25,872 nt of DNA from Chiloscyllium plagiosum (GCF_004010195.1 NC_057720.1:21973042-21998913); one strand, 5' to 3'; positions 1 through 12,485 are shown, counted from the first letter of the stretch. Notes: generated by a model not told the origin, from the letters alone. Program-made: numbers and translations.

Positions 1-158
1 ACAAAATTTCAAAGGCATCTAGATAGGTACATGTTTAGGAAGAGAGTAGAGGGATATGGGCTAAAAGCTGGCAAATGGAAGCAGATTGATTTAGGATATC
101 TGGCCGCAATGGACAAATTGGACCAAAGGGCGTGTTTCTGTGCTGTACAGCTCTATAG
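1..158 (+). mobile_element. CR1/HER1-type LINE 3' end fragment
   Basis: Reads ...FQRHLDRYMFRKRVEGYGLKAGKW, followed by the 3'UTR motif ggaccaaagggcgtgtttctgtgctgtacagctctat. It is homologous to the reverse-strand copy at 17698-18197. Confidence 0.85.
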
Positions 159-944
159 TGGTCACCCAATGCTTCTTGGTCTGTGTGCCCTTACTTTGGG
201 TGAGATCTGCTCATTAAATGGACTATTCACGACATTCTCAGCCTCATGGAGACTTCATAGTGAGTCCATCCACAGCTCCAGCTACTCCATGGGGCAGATG
301 AGTGAATATACGTGACCTAAATACCCCAATTGCAAATAATTCGTAACACCTCCGGTCAAACAAAACTGTGACAATACTCAGAGGTCCAGCCAACAAAAGT
401 CATTGCTTTGTCTCTGATTAACAGGCTGATCAAATTCCTCTTAAGATAATTCATCCAAGACTTGATGTGCACCTAATTGTCTGACAATAGAGTAGAGAAT
501 CAAGAGAGCTAATACAGAGGTGGATTCCTGTATTACATTAAAACTATTTCATTACTGTAAATAAGATAAATAAAATTCCAGGGATGAATCTTTGAGGGCT
601 TTAAGACAACATAATGCAGGAATGGACATCGAAACCATTGTTTAAGAAGTTCTATTGAAGATTGGCCAGGTAACAATGGAGCCAAATCAAACAGTCCTAT
701 GGAAACAGAGATCAGAGAAAAGGCAATCCAGGAGAGTGGTTCATTCAATTCTGTCAAAAACAGCAAAGAAGCCAAGTACCCAAGGAGGCTTCAAGTTGCT
801 GAGAATATATTTGATTTGGAATACATTGCCACTGTGTAAAGAGTGAAGCCATAATTGGTGTGATTCAAACAAGGTGATGTTGGAGTTTTGAAGAGGAAAT
901 GAGGCTAAAGCTAGGTTGATAGTTAACAAGGTTTGGATTGGTTA

Positions 945-1090
945 GCTGAGGTTACCATGAAGGACTCTCCTTCTTAACCTCTGCCTCTGCTTGAGGCATG
1001 GTGACCTTCAGCTGAACCCACCAGTGTCTCTCACTCTCTCTAATGAGAGAGCAGCCCTCTAGTCTGGTAAGACTATAGAACCTTGACCAT
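945..1090 (+). mobile_element. Short interspersed repeat fragment (SINE-like body/3' end)
   Basis: gaggttaccatgaaggactctccttc...ctctctc-taat-gagagag hairpin...tctggtaagactat resembles a chondrichthyan repeat as I recall it. The family is not named. Confidence 0.5.
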
Positions 1091-3049
1091 TTTTGCTAAC
1101 AAGGCTTCAGGATGAGTTTTTAAGAGGTTTAATGATATCAACGGACCTGAAAGGGAAGGGGACCGTAATTGAGGTGAGGGGATCATTCAGAATATCAGCT
1201 GACGTGGACGGTCAGAAAGAAAAGGATATTAGTAGGTATGGGGTCAAGAGAGTAGGAAATGGCAACCACAATGAACTTGAAATGGTGGGAATTGTAAGGT
1301 GATGAGGGGTTATAGATAAAATAGGAGAAAAACCTGAATATCAACAGATGTAATGATATAAATATTGACACAGGGCTGTAGGTGTAGGTTCTCTTTCCAG
1401 TTTTATTTTGAATGTAATATTTTCATCCTTTCCTTTTTTCTATTTAATATTATTAAAAAAAGTAGAATTGACTAGAAATATTTATTATATAGATCAGCAT
1501 ATGTTGCTTCACATATTTAAGAGTAAAATAAAATGAAGTTAAATTATATGTACTGACAGCATCTTGCTTTATTAACAGGCAAAAGTAGCTTAAAACTAAC
1601 AATACAGTAAGTATGGTGAATAAAAGTCTGAGGTGGAAGACATTGCAAGAATCCCTGTGGTTTAGTACAGCATAAGTAAATGCTTATAGTTTACTGGAAA
1701 AAAGGAAATAAATTCTTTATAGGGTATGTGTTTCTCATAAACAATCAAACCTTTTGGTTTCTGAATTATTTGTCAAAGTAACTGATTCTGTAGCAGGAAC
1801 TGAGCCTACAGCTCTCAGTAAAACAAGTGTTTGTTATTCTCCCAGGAATATTCTTCTCACTGATCTGTTTAATATTCAAATGTCACAGCTCCCTGCATTG
1901 TGATACCTGGGTCATTAATCTCACTATACAGTTGAGTGTGTTGTTCTCTAGATCTGCATTTCAAGTGCGCAATCTAAGTGTTTCGCTCGGCAGAAATATT
2001 GTTTCAAAATTGTCTCTCTGTGAAAAATATCCAAGAGTCCTGACAAGTCACGTTCTGATGGAAGTAATAGTCTGATGGTAGAAAATAATTATAAAAATGT
2101 GCTTGGACATCCTGTTAAGTTCATGCTCATCTGTATCATATTTCCCTAGAAATGTCCAAAGATCATTTGAGGAAATAATTGGTCAGCATGTTCTTTGAAC
2201 TGTCCCACTTTTTTATTGGATCCGCCTCCTCATAAGGCTGCTATATAAAGTTAAATGGATTCATGTGTGGATGATCAAGGGGCAACTGGCCAACAGACAA
2301 TTCATTACCCTAACAGAAGAGTGTCAAATGGGATTCTTTTCTGATCAATTTTTCTATAGGGGTTAACCCCTAACCAGATGATATTTTTCTTAATACTCCT
2401 GTGAACTTCTTTTGTTACATTAAAGAGACTATATCAATAAAAGATTTGTTGTTGTCAGTAAACAAAACGCACGTGACTAGTTTCTACATTCTTTAAACAA
2501 GGGCAAACTTATTTCAATCATGCTACCTTAGATTTTTCAAGTGTGCGAATATCAGGCTAACACTTTTGAGAAAGTCCTGAAGGAGTAACAGCCACCTGGG
2601 GCAGTAAAGTAAACCAGATAAAACAGCAGCCAATTGTTTTACATTCTACCCTTAATACGTTTCACTCTATAATACTGAACCATACTCTAAGAATGCCTTC
2701 TCTTCCATGAAAGAATAATAGGCTTCATAGCTGTATGGCAGAAATTTTGCAAGCACTGCAGCTTGCAACTGAGTTCTCTTGCTAAAATAAGAATCTTGTG
2801 CCTCTCTTGTTTCACGATGCCAGCATGTCACCATTAAACTTTTCTATCATTAAGTAAATGCAGGGAAGAATATAAATGTTGAAACAATAAAGTTATCACT
2901 TTGTTTTGTTTACCTACTAACTCGAAAAAAAATCAAAGTTTCCATTTTAATATGAGGCCAAATATTTGGAAATGTTGATGTTTCACTGCTGTTTGAAATA
3001 TTGTGGGAAATATTTATTGTACAAGGGTATACGTGTATGCAAGGGTTAA

Positions 3050-3149
3050 GCTGAAAATGTGTTGCTGGAAAAGCACAGCAGGTCAGGCAGCATCCAAGGA
3101 GCAAGAGAATTGACGTTTCGGGCATGAGCCCTTCTTCAGGATTCTCCTC
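3050..3149 (-). mobile_element. Solo ~100-bp Penelope-like terminal unit (family A) carrying a hammerhead motif
   Basis: Near-identical to 20898-20986, 21622-21711 and 22080-22170. Flanked by the exact 12-bp direct repeat tgcaagggttaa (3038-3049 and 3150-3161). Confidence 0.9.
3102..3149 (-). ncRNA. Minimal type-I hammerhead ribozyme motif
   Basis: Minus strand reads gaggagaatc CTGAAGA a GGGC tcat GCCC GAAA CG TC aattctcttg. The core, stem II, ACGT palindromic stem III and GUC site are intact. Confidence 0.8.
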
Positions 3150-3440
3150 TGCAAGGGTTAATACTGGGTACTCACCCATATGACGTTGTCATATGAACAT
3201 GTGAGCAGAACAACTTTGGATGCCAATGGAGTATGATCTTATATTCAGGTTCTCCTCATTCTCTTCATAAAAAAAATGTCCATCACAACAGCTTAACCTG
3301 TCACTTGTTGCTAATATACACGAAACTACTTTTCTACCAATATCGAAGCCTCTTCTAATTAGACCAGAAAGTAGTTTTCCTCACCTGCACTAGACTGTGC
3401 AGTTCCCAGAGATCACTACATTTAATCCCTACATTAACCC

Positions 3441-3502
3441 ACCACATGGTGAGCTGCAGACCCAGTTTAAAAACCACATGGTGAGCCGCAGACCCAATTT
3501 AA
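3441..3502. repeat. Tandem duplication, ~32-bp unit x2
   Basis: accacatggtgagctgcagacccagtttaa(aa) followed by accacatggtgagccgcagacccaatttaa. Confidence 0.9.
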
Positions 3503-4059
3503 CTACATATGTAACAACGTTCATCTTCACCGTCTGGAAGATAATCAGCTGTTAGTCTGCTAATTGTTGAAGATATAATTTCAACTGATAACATCAGATG
3601 AGTTCGCAAAGAGGCGGGCAGTCTATCTGCAAGATTATCACACAAACACTGATGCTGAACATTAGGAGCGGTATCTTAGACCTTTAACTGTTTAATACTG
3701 TGAATAATTTACCTTATCAAGGTGTGATCATGGTGGCTGCTATTAACGGTAGCCTTTCTGCAACAGCCTGTTTCATGGCCGTACTTTCAGGTTCAATACT
3801 TAATGAATATCATCACCAACTCATGAACATGACCCAAAACACTTTGCAATTATTGAAAATCAATTAGATACACAGGCAAACCCATCAGCTGGTTTTGCAC
3901 ATGACCTGATCCCACAAGGAGCACATTGTCCAATTACAACGTAAACTGATTTGTGTTGGTAGTGTTGGCCACAGGAAGGCTGTTGCCCAGAGTACGAGAA
4001 GAAGTGTCTTTTCATATTAATAACACAGCAAAATTTCTGACATTCACTTGAACAGATGA

Positions 4060-4228
4060 TCAGAGCTTTGGTTTAGCCTTTCACTCAAAGCACAGGCCTT
4101 GCACGATGCAGCATTCCCTTAGTACTGGAGTGGAGTGTCAGTCTAGATTATGTGTTCAGATCTATCAGAGTCTTAAAGATGTCACATTCTGATTCAAGAG
4201 ATGAAAGTGTTAACAACTGAGCCAAGCT
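4060..4228 (-). mobile_element. Decayed tRNA-derived Deu-domain SINE (SacSINE1-like), 5' part
   Basis: tgcagcattcccttagtactggagtggagtgtcagtctagattatgtgttca...ttctgattcaagag...actgagccaagct is the reverse complement of a SINE head plus Deu-like body. Related to 6846-7058. Confidence 0.65.
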
Positions 4229-4748
4229 CATATTTCACACCTGCTAAAACCTAAATGAGTCAAGATTATGATGTCTGACACTTGTGTGTTTGAAAAATAA
4301 TTAATTATCTCCTTGTGTTTCTCCTGAAGCTCAGGAAAAGGATATATTAGAATGTACATTGAAAAGAAAGAAGTAATGACATCATTAAGGATCACATCAG
4401 CAAAAGGTAGACTAAAATAAGAAAGGAAAGTGAAAAGTTAAGGACAGAATTAGCAGAAGGTAAGTGTTTTTCTACATTTTTATATTTAGACTTGATGAAC
4501 TGTTCAGTAGTTTTCAGACAATGTTCTTGAATTATAATTACCTCTGATGTTTGAAAAGTTTAACATTTTAACTCCAAGCTTTATCTTGACATCAATTTGT
4601 GAAAGCTGGAGATGTTAGATAATGGCTGTGCAAGAGATCCCAGAATTTCTACATAAAGGTTTAAGCATTCTATTTTGAGCAAAGTACTTATTTTAGACAT
4701 TATTCAACAAAACAAAATTAGCCTTAAATTCGTACAAAGTCAAGCATT

Positions 4749-4832
4749 TGGTTCTTGTGGCACTTGGGGCAATGTCTCCACCTCTGGAATAGCGGGCTTG
4801 GGTTTAAGACTGACCTGTGAACAGGTTAATTA
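4749..4832 (+). mobile_element. Decayed short tRNA-derived SINE
   Basis: ggttcttgtggcac...tgtctccacctctgg...gggtttaagac...gaacaggttaatt. Homologous to the reverse complement of 21068-21161 and 21549-21888. Confidence 0.55.
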
Positions 4833-5337
4833 ATCATGTGCATTGTCAAGTGTTTCCATCTATCATTTCCTTGTCTTGTGTCTTTCCCACCATCATTTTG
4901 GCAATATTTTTCACATCTCAATTAACAGGAACAGTATCAGTAACTTGTCAGTGCAATTGATGGGTGTGTAATGATCCTTGATTCTGCTTTACTGCATAGC
5001 TCCTACAGTCCCACTGTAGTATGTGACTTTGATGGATCCATTTCATGTATATCGAAGTTTATAGGTATGGCAAATAAATTTTCATGTGCATATTTTGCAA
5101 ATACACTCATTTCTTGTAATGCAGTATACTCACTGGATTTATGTTATATTAGCACTTAGCAATGTAGGAGTTGATGCTTGCTTTTATAAGTATTTATAAG
5201 AAATAAAAGTATACATAGAATTATACTGTAAATCTCAGCTGAGTTTCAAGAAAATAAATCCCTATCATTTATTTAAAACAGCATCAGGTTTTGGAACTTG
5301 CTTTCCTTGCACCTGCATTCTACCGAGGTAGAAAGAA

Positions 5338-5558
5338 AGACTTGTGTTTTTAGAGCAACTTTCACAAGCATCAACGCTTTACAGTTAATTAAAACTCTTT
5401 TGGACTATAACCATTGTTATAATGCAGGGAATACAGCAGCAAACCTGTGAGCAGCAAACTCTCACAAATAACAATGTAGCAATGACTTGCTGATGTATTT
5501 TTTTTGTTATTGATCAAAGGAAAGTTTTGGCCAGATCACCATGGATAACTCTTCTATT
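5338..5558 (-). mobile_element. Decayed Deu-domain SINE, 3' part
   Basis: acttgtgtttttagagcaactttcac...cgctttacag...cagcagcaaacctgtgagcagcaaactctcacaaataacaatg...ttggccagatcacc matches the antisense 3' half of DeuSINEs as recalled. Confidence 0.6.
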
Positions 5559-5572
5559 TCTGGTGTAATTAA

Positions 5573-5953
5573 ATGAGAGGGAATCTTATAGAAACATCTA
5601 AAATTATGAAGGTAATAGGCAAGATCGAAGCAGGGAGGTTGTTTCCACTGGCAGGTGAAGCTAGAGCTAGAGGGCATAGCCTCAAAATAAGGGGGAGCAG
5701 ATTTGGGACTGAGTTGAGGAGGAACTTCTCCACCCAAGGGGTTCTAAATCTATGGAATTCCTTATCCAGTGAAGTGGTTGAGGCTACCTCATTGAATGTT
5801 GTTAAGGCAAAGATAGATATATTTTTGAAGAGTAAAGGAGTTAAGGGTTATGGTGAGCAGGCAGGTAAGTGGAGCTGAGTCCACAAGAAAGATCAGCCAT
5901 GATCTTATTGAATAGCGGAGCGGCTGGACGGGCTATTTCGTATGTTCTTATGA
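5573..5953 (+). mobile_element. CR1 LINE 3' end (ORF2 C-terminus plus 3'UTR), 5'-truncated
   Basis: ORF 5573-5878 reads RGNLIETSKIMK...RGHSLKIRG...RRNFSTQGVLNLWNSL...GYGEQAGKWS. The UTR has gatcagccatgatcttattgaat and ends tatgttcttatg. Confidence 0.92.
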
Positions 5954-6349
5954 TATTGCTGAACAACTGAAGGAAACTTTAATATTAGGATTCATTTCGG
6001 AGGCTTTGGTGTCAGGTATCCTTGACCTCAGGAGCCCTTTGTGCCATGAATTGAACTAAGATCGACTTTGTCTTAATTTTTTTCTTTTTTATATTGATAA
6101 CTTGTTATTAAAATGCTGCTGGAATATGGTGACTTATACATTTTTTACCATATTTTTCTTTGTAAAAATACAGGTGATAATGAAAAACTTCTATTTTATA
6201 CTGAGGAAGACTTGCAGCTACAAATAGACTAGATCTCTCTCACCTGCAGAGTTTGATTTGATCTTGAGCATCAGGAAGAGAAATATTGGATTATATTGTA
6301 AACCTAGGTTAAGTTTCAAGGAAGAACTTACTTAAACCAGGATTTTATC

Positions 6350-6843
6350 ATTCAACCATCAATCAAAATTGATAATATGGGACTGGAGGTTTCACTTACC
6401 TAGACTCCACAATCACCAACAATCTGGCACTCAATGCTGAAATGAAGGCATGGATTGCAAAGGCTACAGCTTTTACATCCATGCTGAGTAAGAGGGTGTG
6501 AAACAACCACAACATGACTGAGAACACCAAAACCATAAGCCTACCAAGTCTGTTTCCTCAATGAGTGTCTCTACAACAGGCAACATATGCAGGAAAAAAT
6601 GCAGATTATTTGGAAGTCATTGGAAGAGGCAAAAATAAATGAAAAGCTCAGCATGTGGAAAGAGGGTCCAGAGAAAAGCTAGACCTGTGAATCCTACATC
6701 TTCTCAGCTTCTGAAGTCTTCCTCTGCAACAAGTATGAGAGATTGCCCAAAAGATCTAGGCTACTGAGCCACACTTAGTAATGCTTAACACGGAGTTGAC
6801 TACCATGACACAAATCATTGCCTAATGAGACAAAAGCCTACCA
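6350..6843 (+). mobile_element. Decayed RTE-clade LINE 3' fragment with internal deletion
   Basis: From ~6391 it reads FTYLDSTITNNLALNAEMKAWIAKATAFTSMLSKRV*NNHNMTENTK, matching the RTE FxYLGS...E...RIxKA...RVW motif. A Cys/His remnant (FLCNK...GLLSH) lies near 6720-6775, then an RTE-like tail. Confidence 0.75.
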
Positions 6844-6845
6844 TT

Positions 6846-7058
6846 GTCTTCTTTGAAAGAGTATCGTGGAGTCCTTTATATCTATCAGAGTCTGTGGCAA
6901 GACTTCAGTTTAATGTCTCATCCAAACGGCAGCACCTCCAACAGTATAGTAGTCCCTCAATACTGCATTGGAGAGTAAACCCTAGTTAAGGGGCACATAT
7001 CCACCAACATTCTGAAGTAGAGGCAAGATTCCTATTAATAAAGCTATGATTGACACAC
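6846..7058 (-). mobile_element. Decayed Deu-domain SINE, central and 5' part
   Basis: gtttaatgtctcatccaaacggcagcacctccaacagtatagtagtccctcaatactgcattggag is the antisense Deu-like core. Confidence 0.7.
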
Positions 7059-8129
7059 AATGCTAGAGTTATCATTGCATAGAAACAACAGCAAGTCTAT
7101 AGTTGATTAGATAAACTGCTCAATAATTAAATAAATTGCTGTTTTTAGACATTACCTGGAAAACATTTTCTTTGCAAATAAACAACATGGAACATGTGGA
7201 CTGGTGGAAAATTGGCCAAAATCCAAACTGGGCGGAGAATTTACCAAACCTGGAAAACAATGGCATGGGTATATGAGAGATGCTATGGGAAGGAATAATT
7301 AACCCCATGAAAACACTATTTATCACTGTTCTCACATAAGTCTGAGCACCTAAAAAAGAACTAGGCCACAACAATAATTGTTGCATTTATTGACAAAATA
7401 AAAAACTTTTTTTTTGCAATTCACACGTTGATATAGGTTAAAGCAAAGACTGCTGGAATATAAGAATAAAATATTTTATTTATTTCATCCCTATAGAGGT
7501 TGTCTGTCAGAACTCTGGGTCTATCAGTGTAAGAGATCTAGCTTTCAATCACCTACAGATCCAAGATTCAATGGACTGATCTAATTTTCCAAGCCAAATG
7601 TATAGTTGAAAAATAATTTGCATAACATTATACAACACTGAAATTTTACTTAAAAGCAAGAATCATTGTCTATGTAACTAACTATCCGAGTATAACATAA
7701 TTAAGGTTGTATCAGCTTGCACCAGATACAAATCTTCAATTAATGCAGAAAGCTGAGAAGCACTGCTGATTGAGATTGAATTATTAATGCACAACCTTTC
7801 CTGCCTCAGGCAGGTCATTGGGTTTTTTCCCCACTCTTAAAGAAAATTGTACCAAATTGTTTCTTAACATTTCATCTAAAGTAGAAGTCTCTGAGATGCA
7901 CAACTGGTTATTTCTGTTTTTTAAAAAAATTAAAACGATTACCATAACAATGAAGCACACATATATAGAATGTAAATTTCGCCATCTATATAGGAAGATA
8001 TCCAGTTTGTTAGCATATTGGCATTGTGAAAGTTCTACGTTGTCACCTCTCTCAACCTTTGATGACTCCTTGTGCCGTCCATTGACAGTTCGACATTAAA
8101 TCCTGGTGAGTTACTGCTCCAAATATTGA

Positions 8130-8510
8130 GACAAGATAGGCCATTAACTTTGATCTCGTTTCCTGCATCAATCTGTTCCTTGCTGAAGTTTCGCGAGTAT
8201 GTCTCTGCCAACTTCAGACTCTAATGTTTCACCTCCTGGCTTTCACTCCTTTGTCACCATAACACTAAACAACGACCCAGCTCCAAGTATCTCGTTGGTT
8301 CTAAACCCTGATGATCCATCTCACATCTTCACTCATCTATATTGGGTCAGACTCTTCTATCATGAATCATTGTACTAATTTAATTAATTCTGTCACAACT
8401 TTGAGCAATATGCTACAAACGTCTTTGCCTCAGAACCTTTTTATTTAATTTCAAAGGCATTGTTGAATCCCATCCTTTTGATCAAGCTTTCAGCTGCACA
8501 CCCAACACTC
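8130..8510 (+). mobile_element. Possible highly decayed L2-like LINE 3' fragment
   Basis: C/T-rich, and ends with ttcaaaggcattgttgaatcccatccttttgatcaagctttc, resembling the L2 FKxxLKTHLF..AF terminus. The match is weak. Confidence 0.3.
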
Positions 8511-8630
8511 CACCTTCTTCCTTTCCAGTTTGGCAACCATTTGTTTCCTCCCACTCATTGATGAAGAATGTTGAGGTGTGTTTTCTGTATTGGTGTATTC
8601 ATAAATGTGAATTGATATAATCCTTTAGAT

Positions 8631-8893
8631 GTTAGCACTGTAGCCTCACAGCAGCGGGGAATCAGACTTGATTCCACCCTCTGGTGACTATCTGTGTGGA
8701 GTTTGTACATTCTCTCAGAGTCTGCAAGGGTTTCCTCTGGGTGCTCTGGTTTCCTCCAACACTCCAAAGATGTGCAGGTTAGGTGTATTGGCCGTAGGAG
8801 ATGCAGAGGTAGGGTATGTGTCTGGGTGGGATGCTCTTTGGAGGGTCAGTGTGGGACAATGGCCTGATTCCAGACTGCAGGGATTCTCAGATT
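8631..8893 (+). mobile_element. HE1-like V-SINE, diverged
   Basis: tRNA-like head gttagcactgtagcctcacagc, V-domain tctgtgtggagtttgtacattct...gggtttcctctgggtgctctggtttcctcc...ccaaagatgtgcaggttagg, and a CR1/HER1-like tail. Confidence 0.85.
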
Positions 8894-9922
8894 AAATATT
8901 GAAATAAGACTGACATGCAGGCAACCTACAAACGCATTGTTTACTCTTTGCTGACCACTAGGATGAAGTTTTAGCTCAATGACAGATCAGTTGTTATTAG
9001 TTTTGGAGAAACATTAGTCTTCCAATGGCACTTTCTTCTCAAACGTGAGGTGCATGAAGACAGCATTCATGAGATGAATTAGTAAAGCAATGCATTAAGA
9101 GTCCTGCCAGATGATTTACACTTTTTTAGTGGGCATCAAGTATCTGAAGGTGGAGCAAACATAACACCTCATTGATGTGAACCTCAAGTCATTTTGAGGG
9201 CTTGGTCCAGACTTATTTTCACTTAATTAGCAGCTGTCAATCAATGACAAATGAGAAATCTGACAGCTCCCAGTAGTGATAAGTTAAAGGAGCGAATATT
9301 ATTGCTTTGGGTGATGAAGTTGGTTGGGGCACAGATGTCAGCTGAATTTACTTGGGGTGGATTAAATGGAATAAACAATCCATAACCTAGGTTTCCAAGT
9401 CATCATTATTTTAATACTGGTGATAATGCAATCAATATTTGTAAAATTGATTTTATGGATTTCATAGTGTTGCTTGATCTGGGCAGAGAAGAGTTTCAGG
9501 TAATCAAGTTTGTGCTATATTTTCAAAGCACGAAAACAAGTAAAACAGAGTTACTGAGAACTTCAAAGGGACATCTGATGAGTAAAATAAATGCACAAAC
9601 ATGAGCTGCCACTGATATGTGACCTATTTCTCCATCACTTATTTCTGGATGATTAGTAATTAGGTTTCAAAATTATTTTTTCACAACTGCAATTAATTTG
9701 GCTTATGCAATAAGAGTTCTTAAGGAAGAGTTTGATATAACAAGGCGTTAGCAGAATGCTGTTTATTAATTACTTTTTCCTCAATGAATTCTTACTTTGA
9801 AATATTTATCAGTTACCATAGCAAGGAAGCCCAGGAACAGAATTTGCTCAGAGCTTTCCTTAGCCACCATTGCAATTTTATCAGAAGGTTTGCTGACTCT
9901 CTACAGAAGCATCAGAACATAA

Positions 9923-10561
9923 TGTTATGGGCTAGACCACGCCCCCTCAAATATATTTTAAAGAAGGTAGTCCAGATGCTTAATGTTTTCTTATTTTTAA
10001 AGACAAATGTGAGGTACCTGTTCAAGATGCAAAGTGACTGGTCAAACTACTCGATGTTAAACAAAACACAATTTATTTAAACTCTGTAGTTAAAAATGCA
10101 ACCAAAGAAAGAGGAATTTAGAATAGCTTAACTCTACTGGAAAACTTAACAGAATAATGAATATAGTTACTAATTAACTGCCCCACACAATGACATTCCA
10201 TAAACACACCCCTTGGCGAAGAGGAAAATTCAGACACAGATTCTCACATGTGGTTCTCCCATCCAGGAGGGACAAAACATCAACAGAAAGTTCAGAGAGA
10301 GTAGCAGCCAAGAGACATTCGCTGAAAGTTCCAAAGTTGTTGAAACCCGAATGGCTTCTGATTCTAGTGAAAAACCAAAACCCAGATATTCTGATCTATG
10401 CGAGCTGGCCATACCCATTCAGGCTGCTTATAAAAAAAAATCCAAGCCTTCCCAAACTGTTTACTCTAGTGATTCGGGTAGACAGCTCTGCATCTCTGCT
10501 TTACAACTTCTCTTCAAAAATAAAGGACAAGAAAATTTCTTAAAGTTCCAGCATCATCACA
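9923..10561 (-). mobile_element. Solo LTR (639 bp), probably Gypsy-type
   Basis: Termini TGTTATG...CATCACA (imperfect inverted, TG..CA) with exact TSD ATAA at 9919-9922 and 10562-10565. AATAAA on the minus strand near 10073-10078 tentatively gives the orientation. Confidence 0.8.
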
Positions 10562-10800
10562 ATAAGGAATAAAAGCAGGATGCTTGGTCACATTATAAAA
10601 TCATGACTGGTCTGATGTGACCTTGACTTCATTGCCTTGACTGTTCCCCAGACCACTTGAGTTCCTGTGAAGTATTATGAGTTTCAGATTTAAAATTTAT
10701 GACTGCTCTATGATCAATTGCCTTTTTCAGAAGAATTCCAAGCTTCTATCATTCTTTGTGTGTAGTTGTATTTTGTCATTACATTCTGAAATTGTATGGT
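10562..10800 (-). mobile_element. Old CR1 3'UTR remnant interrupted by the LTR
   Basis: Joining the LTR flanks gives agaacataaggaataaaagcagga...aaatcatgactggtctg...gaattccaagcttctatcattctttg, an antisense CR1 tail. Confidence 0.45.
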
Positions 10801-11041
10801 CTACCTTGCTAAGTTGTTAAACAATTACAATAAACAAAAACCCACTAGGGCTGCCATAGTAGCTCTCACAAATAGTTTTAAAAGATATCACCATTATTAC
10901 ATAAGCATTTACAAAATAATACTAAATTCAGACACAGAGGAAATCAAAATTTAAATGAATTGTATTAAAATGTACAGAAATCAACAGTTTATATCATAAT
11001 TTCCACCTCTCCTGTTTACTAACATTTTGGCATTCATTGAA

Positions 11042-12213
11042 CCCTCTGCAGAACGTCGCAGATTCACTACTGTCTGGGAGACAAAATTCCGCCTCATCCC
11101 CATTTTAAACTTGCAACCCTTTATTCTTAGATGTTGATCTCTGATCCTCGGCTGTCAAAGAAGGGGATATGTATTCTTCATATCTACTCTGTCAAACCCA
11201 CAAAGAATCTTGTTTGTTTCAAAGGCTACTTTTCATCCTTCTGATTCCCAGTTGAGTACAGGAACAACTAACTCAACCTCTTCACATAAAAAGGTCTGTC
11301 CAAACCTGGTATCAGCTTTGAAACTTCTCTGGTCTGCCTCCAATGCCAGTGTAACTTTCCTTAGATTGGGGTCCCAAAACTGTTCACAGTATTCCAGCTG
11401 AGGTCTGACTAGTGCCTTGTATTGTTTTAGCAAAACCTACCTGTGTTTATATTCCATTCCCTTTAAAATGAAGGCCAACATTTCATTTGTCTTCCCTACT
11501 AACTGCTGAACTGGGATGTTGCCTTTCCATGATTTATGCATGAGGACTCCTAAGTCCTTCTATTCTGTAGTTTACTTTTTGATTTGATTTGATGTATTTT
11601 TGTCACATGTACTGAGATACAGTGAAAAGTACTGTTTTATGTGCTAACCAGATAAATCATACCTTACATAAGTACATCAGGATAATAGAACAGAATGCAG
11701 AATATAGTGCTATAGCTCAAGAGTGTGTGCAGAGAAATATCTGAGAGGTTTGTTCATAAGTCTGATAACAGTGGGGAAGAAGCTGTCTTTCTCCATTTAA
11801 ATAATATTCATTTCCTCTATTCTTCCTGCCAAAGCACATAACCTCACTTTTTCCCACTTTAAATTCCATCTGCCAAGTTTTTGCTCACTCACCTAACGAG
11901 TCCACACCCCATTGCAGACTCCTTGTGTTATCTTCATCACTTGCCTTTCCACCTATTTTCTTGTCATGCATAAACTTGGGATAGTACATTTACTTCTGAC
12001 ATTCAAATCATTAATATACTTTGTAAATAACTGTGGTACAGCACTGATCCCTGTGGCACTCCTGTACATAAATACTGCCATTCTGAAAACACCCCCTTAT
12101 CCTAACTCTGTCTTCTTTTAGTTAGCCAATCCTTTATCCTTGCTAATATGCCTTCAATATCATGGGCTCTTATTTTATCAAGGAACCTAATGTGTGGTAC
12201 CTTACCAAACCCT
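11042..12213 (-). mobile_element. Decayed CR1 LINE RT/C-terminal region, split by an insertion at 11581-11786
   Basis: Minus ORF 11233-11433 contains YKALVRPQLEYCEQFWDP. After 11787 there are remnants of WQMEF..GK.EV, KF.DD.K and G.PQGSVL.PQLF. Confidence 0.85.
11581..11786 (-). mobile_element. Rex1/Babar-like LINE 3' end
   Basis: The minus strand reads SFFPTVIRL (agcttcttccccactgttatcagactt), then ...cactgtatctcagtacatgtgaca...(aaatc)n tail. Confidence 0.7.
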
Positions 12214-12217
12214 TTCT

Positions 12218-12470
12218 TTCATAGGATATGGGCATCCTCTAATTGCCCTTGAACTGTGTGACTTCCACAGTAATTCAGAGGGTACTGAAGAGACATTACT
12301 ATGGATCTGCAGTCACATGTAGGCCAGAACCTAGGAAAGGAAGGCAGATTTTGTTCACTAAGAGTATTTAGTGAACAAGATGCATTTTCTAACAATTGAT
12401 GTAATTTCATGTCCACCAACTCTAAGAGAACGTTTTAATTCCAGATTATAAATTGAAATCAAATTCAACG
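12218..12470 (-). mobile_element. SINE with LINE-derived tail, decayed copy 1
   Basis: Shares gtcacatgtaggccaga...ggcagattt with the adjacent copy at 12486-12648. Confidence 0.7.
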
Positions 12471-12485
12471 AGTTTTTAAAAAAAA

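Noticed and set aside
600..900. Very old CR1 C-terminal remnant (IWNTLP)
   Set aside because: Similarity is too short to set boundaries without an alignment.
3716..3868. VAAING peptide resembling an enoyl-CoA hydratase motif
   Set aside because: Only a 6-residue match, the flanks do not fit, and there is no convincing exon structure.
10190..10572. 117-aa and 119-aa ORFs as genes
   Set aside because: They lie essentially inside the solo LTR and have no recognisable motifs.
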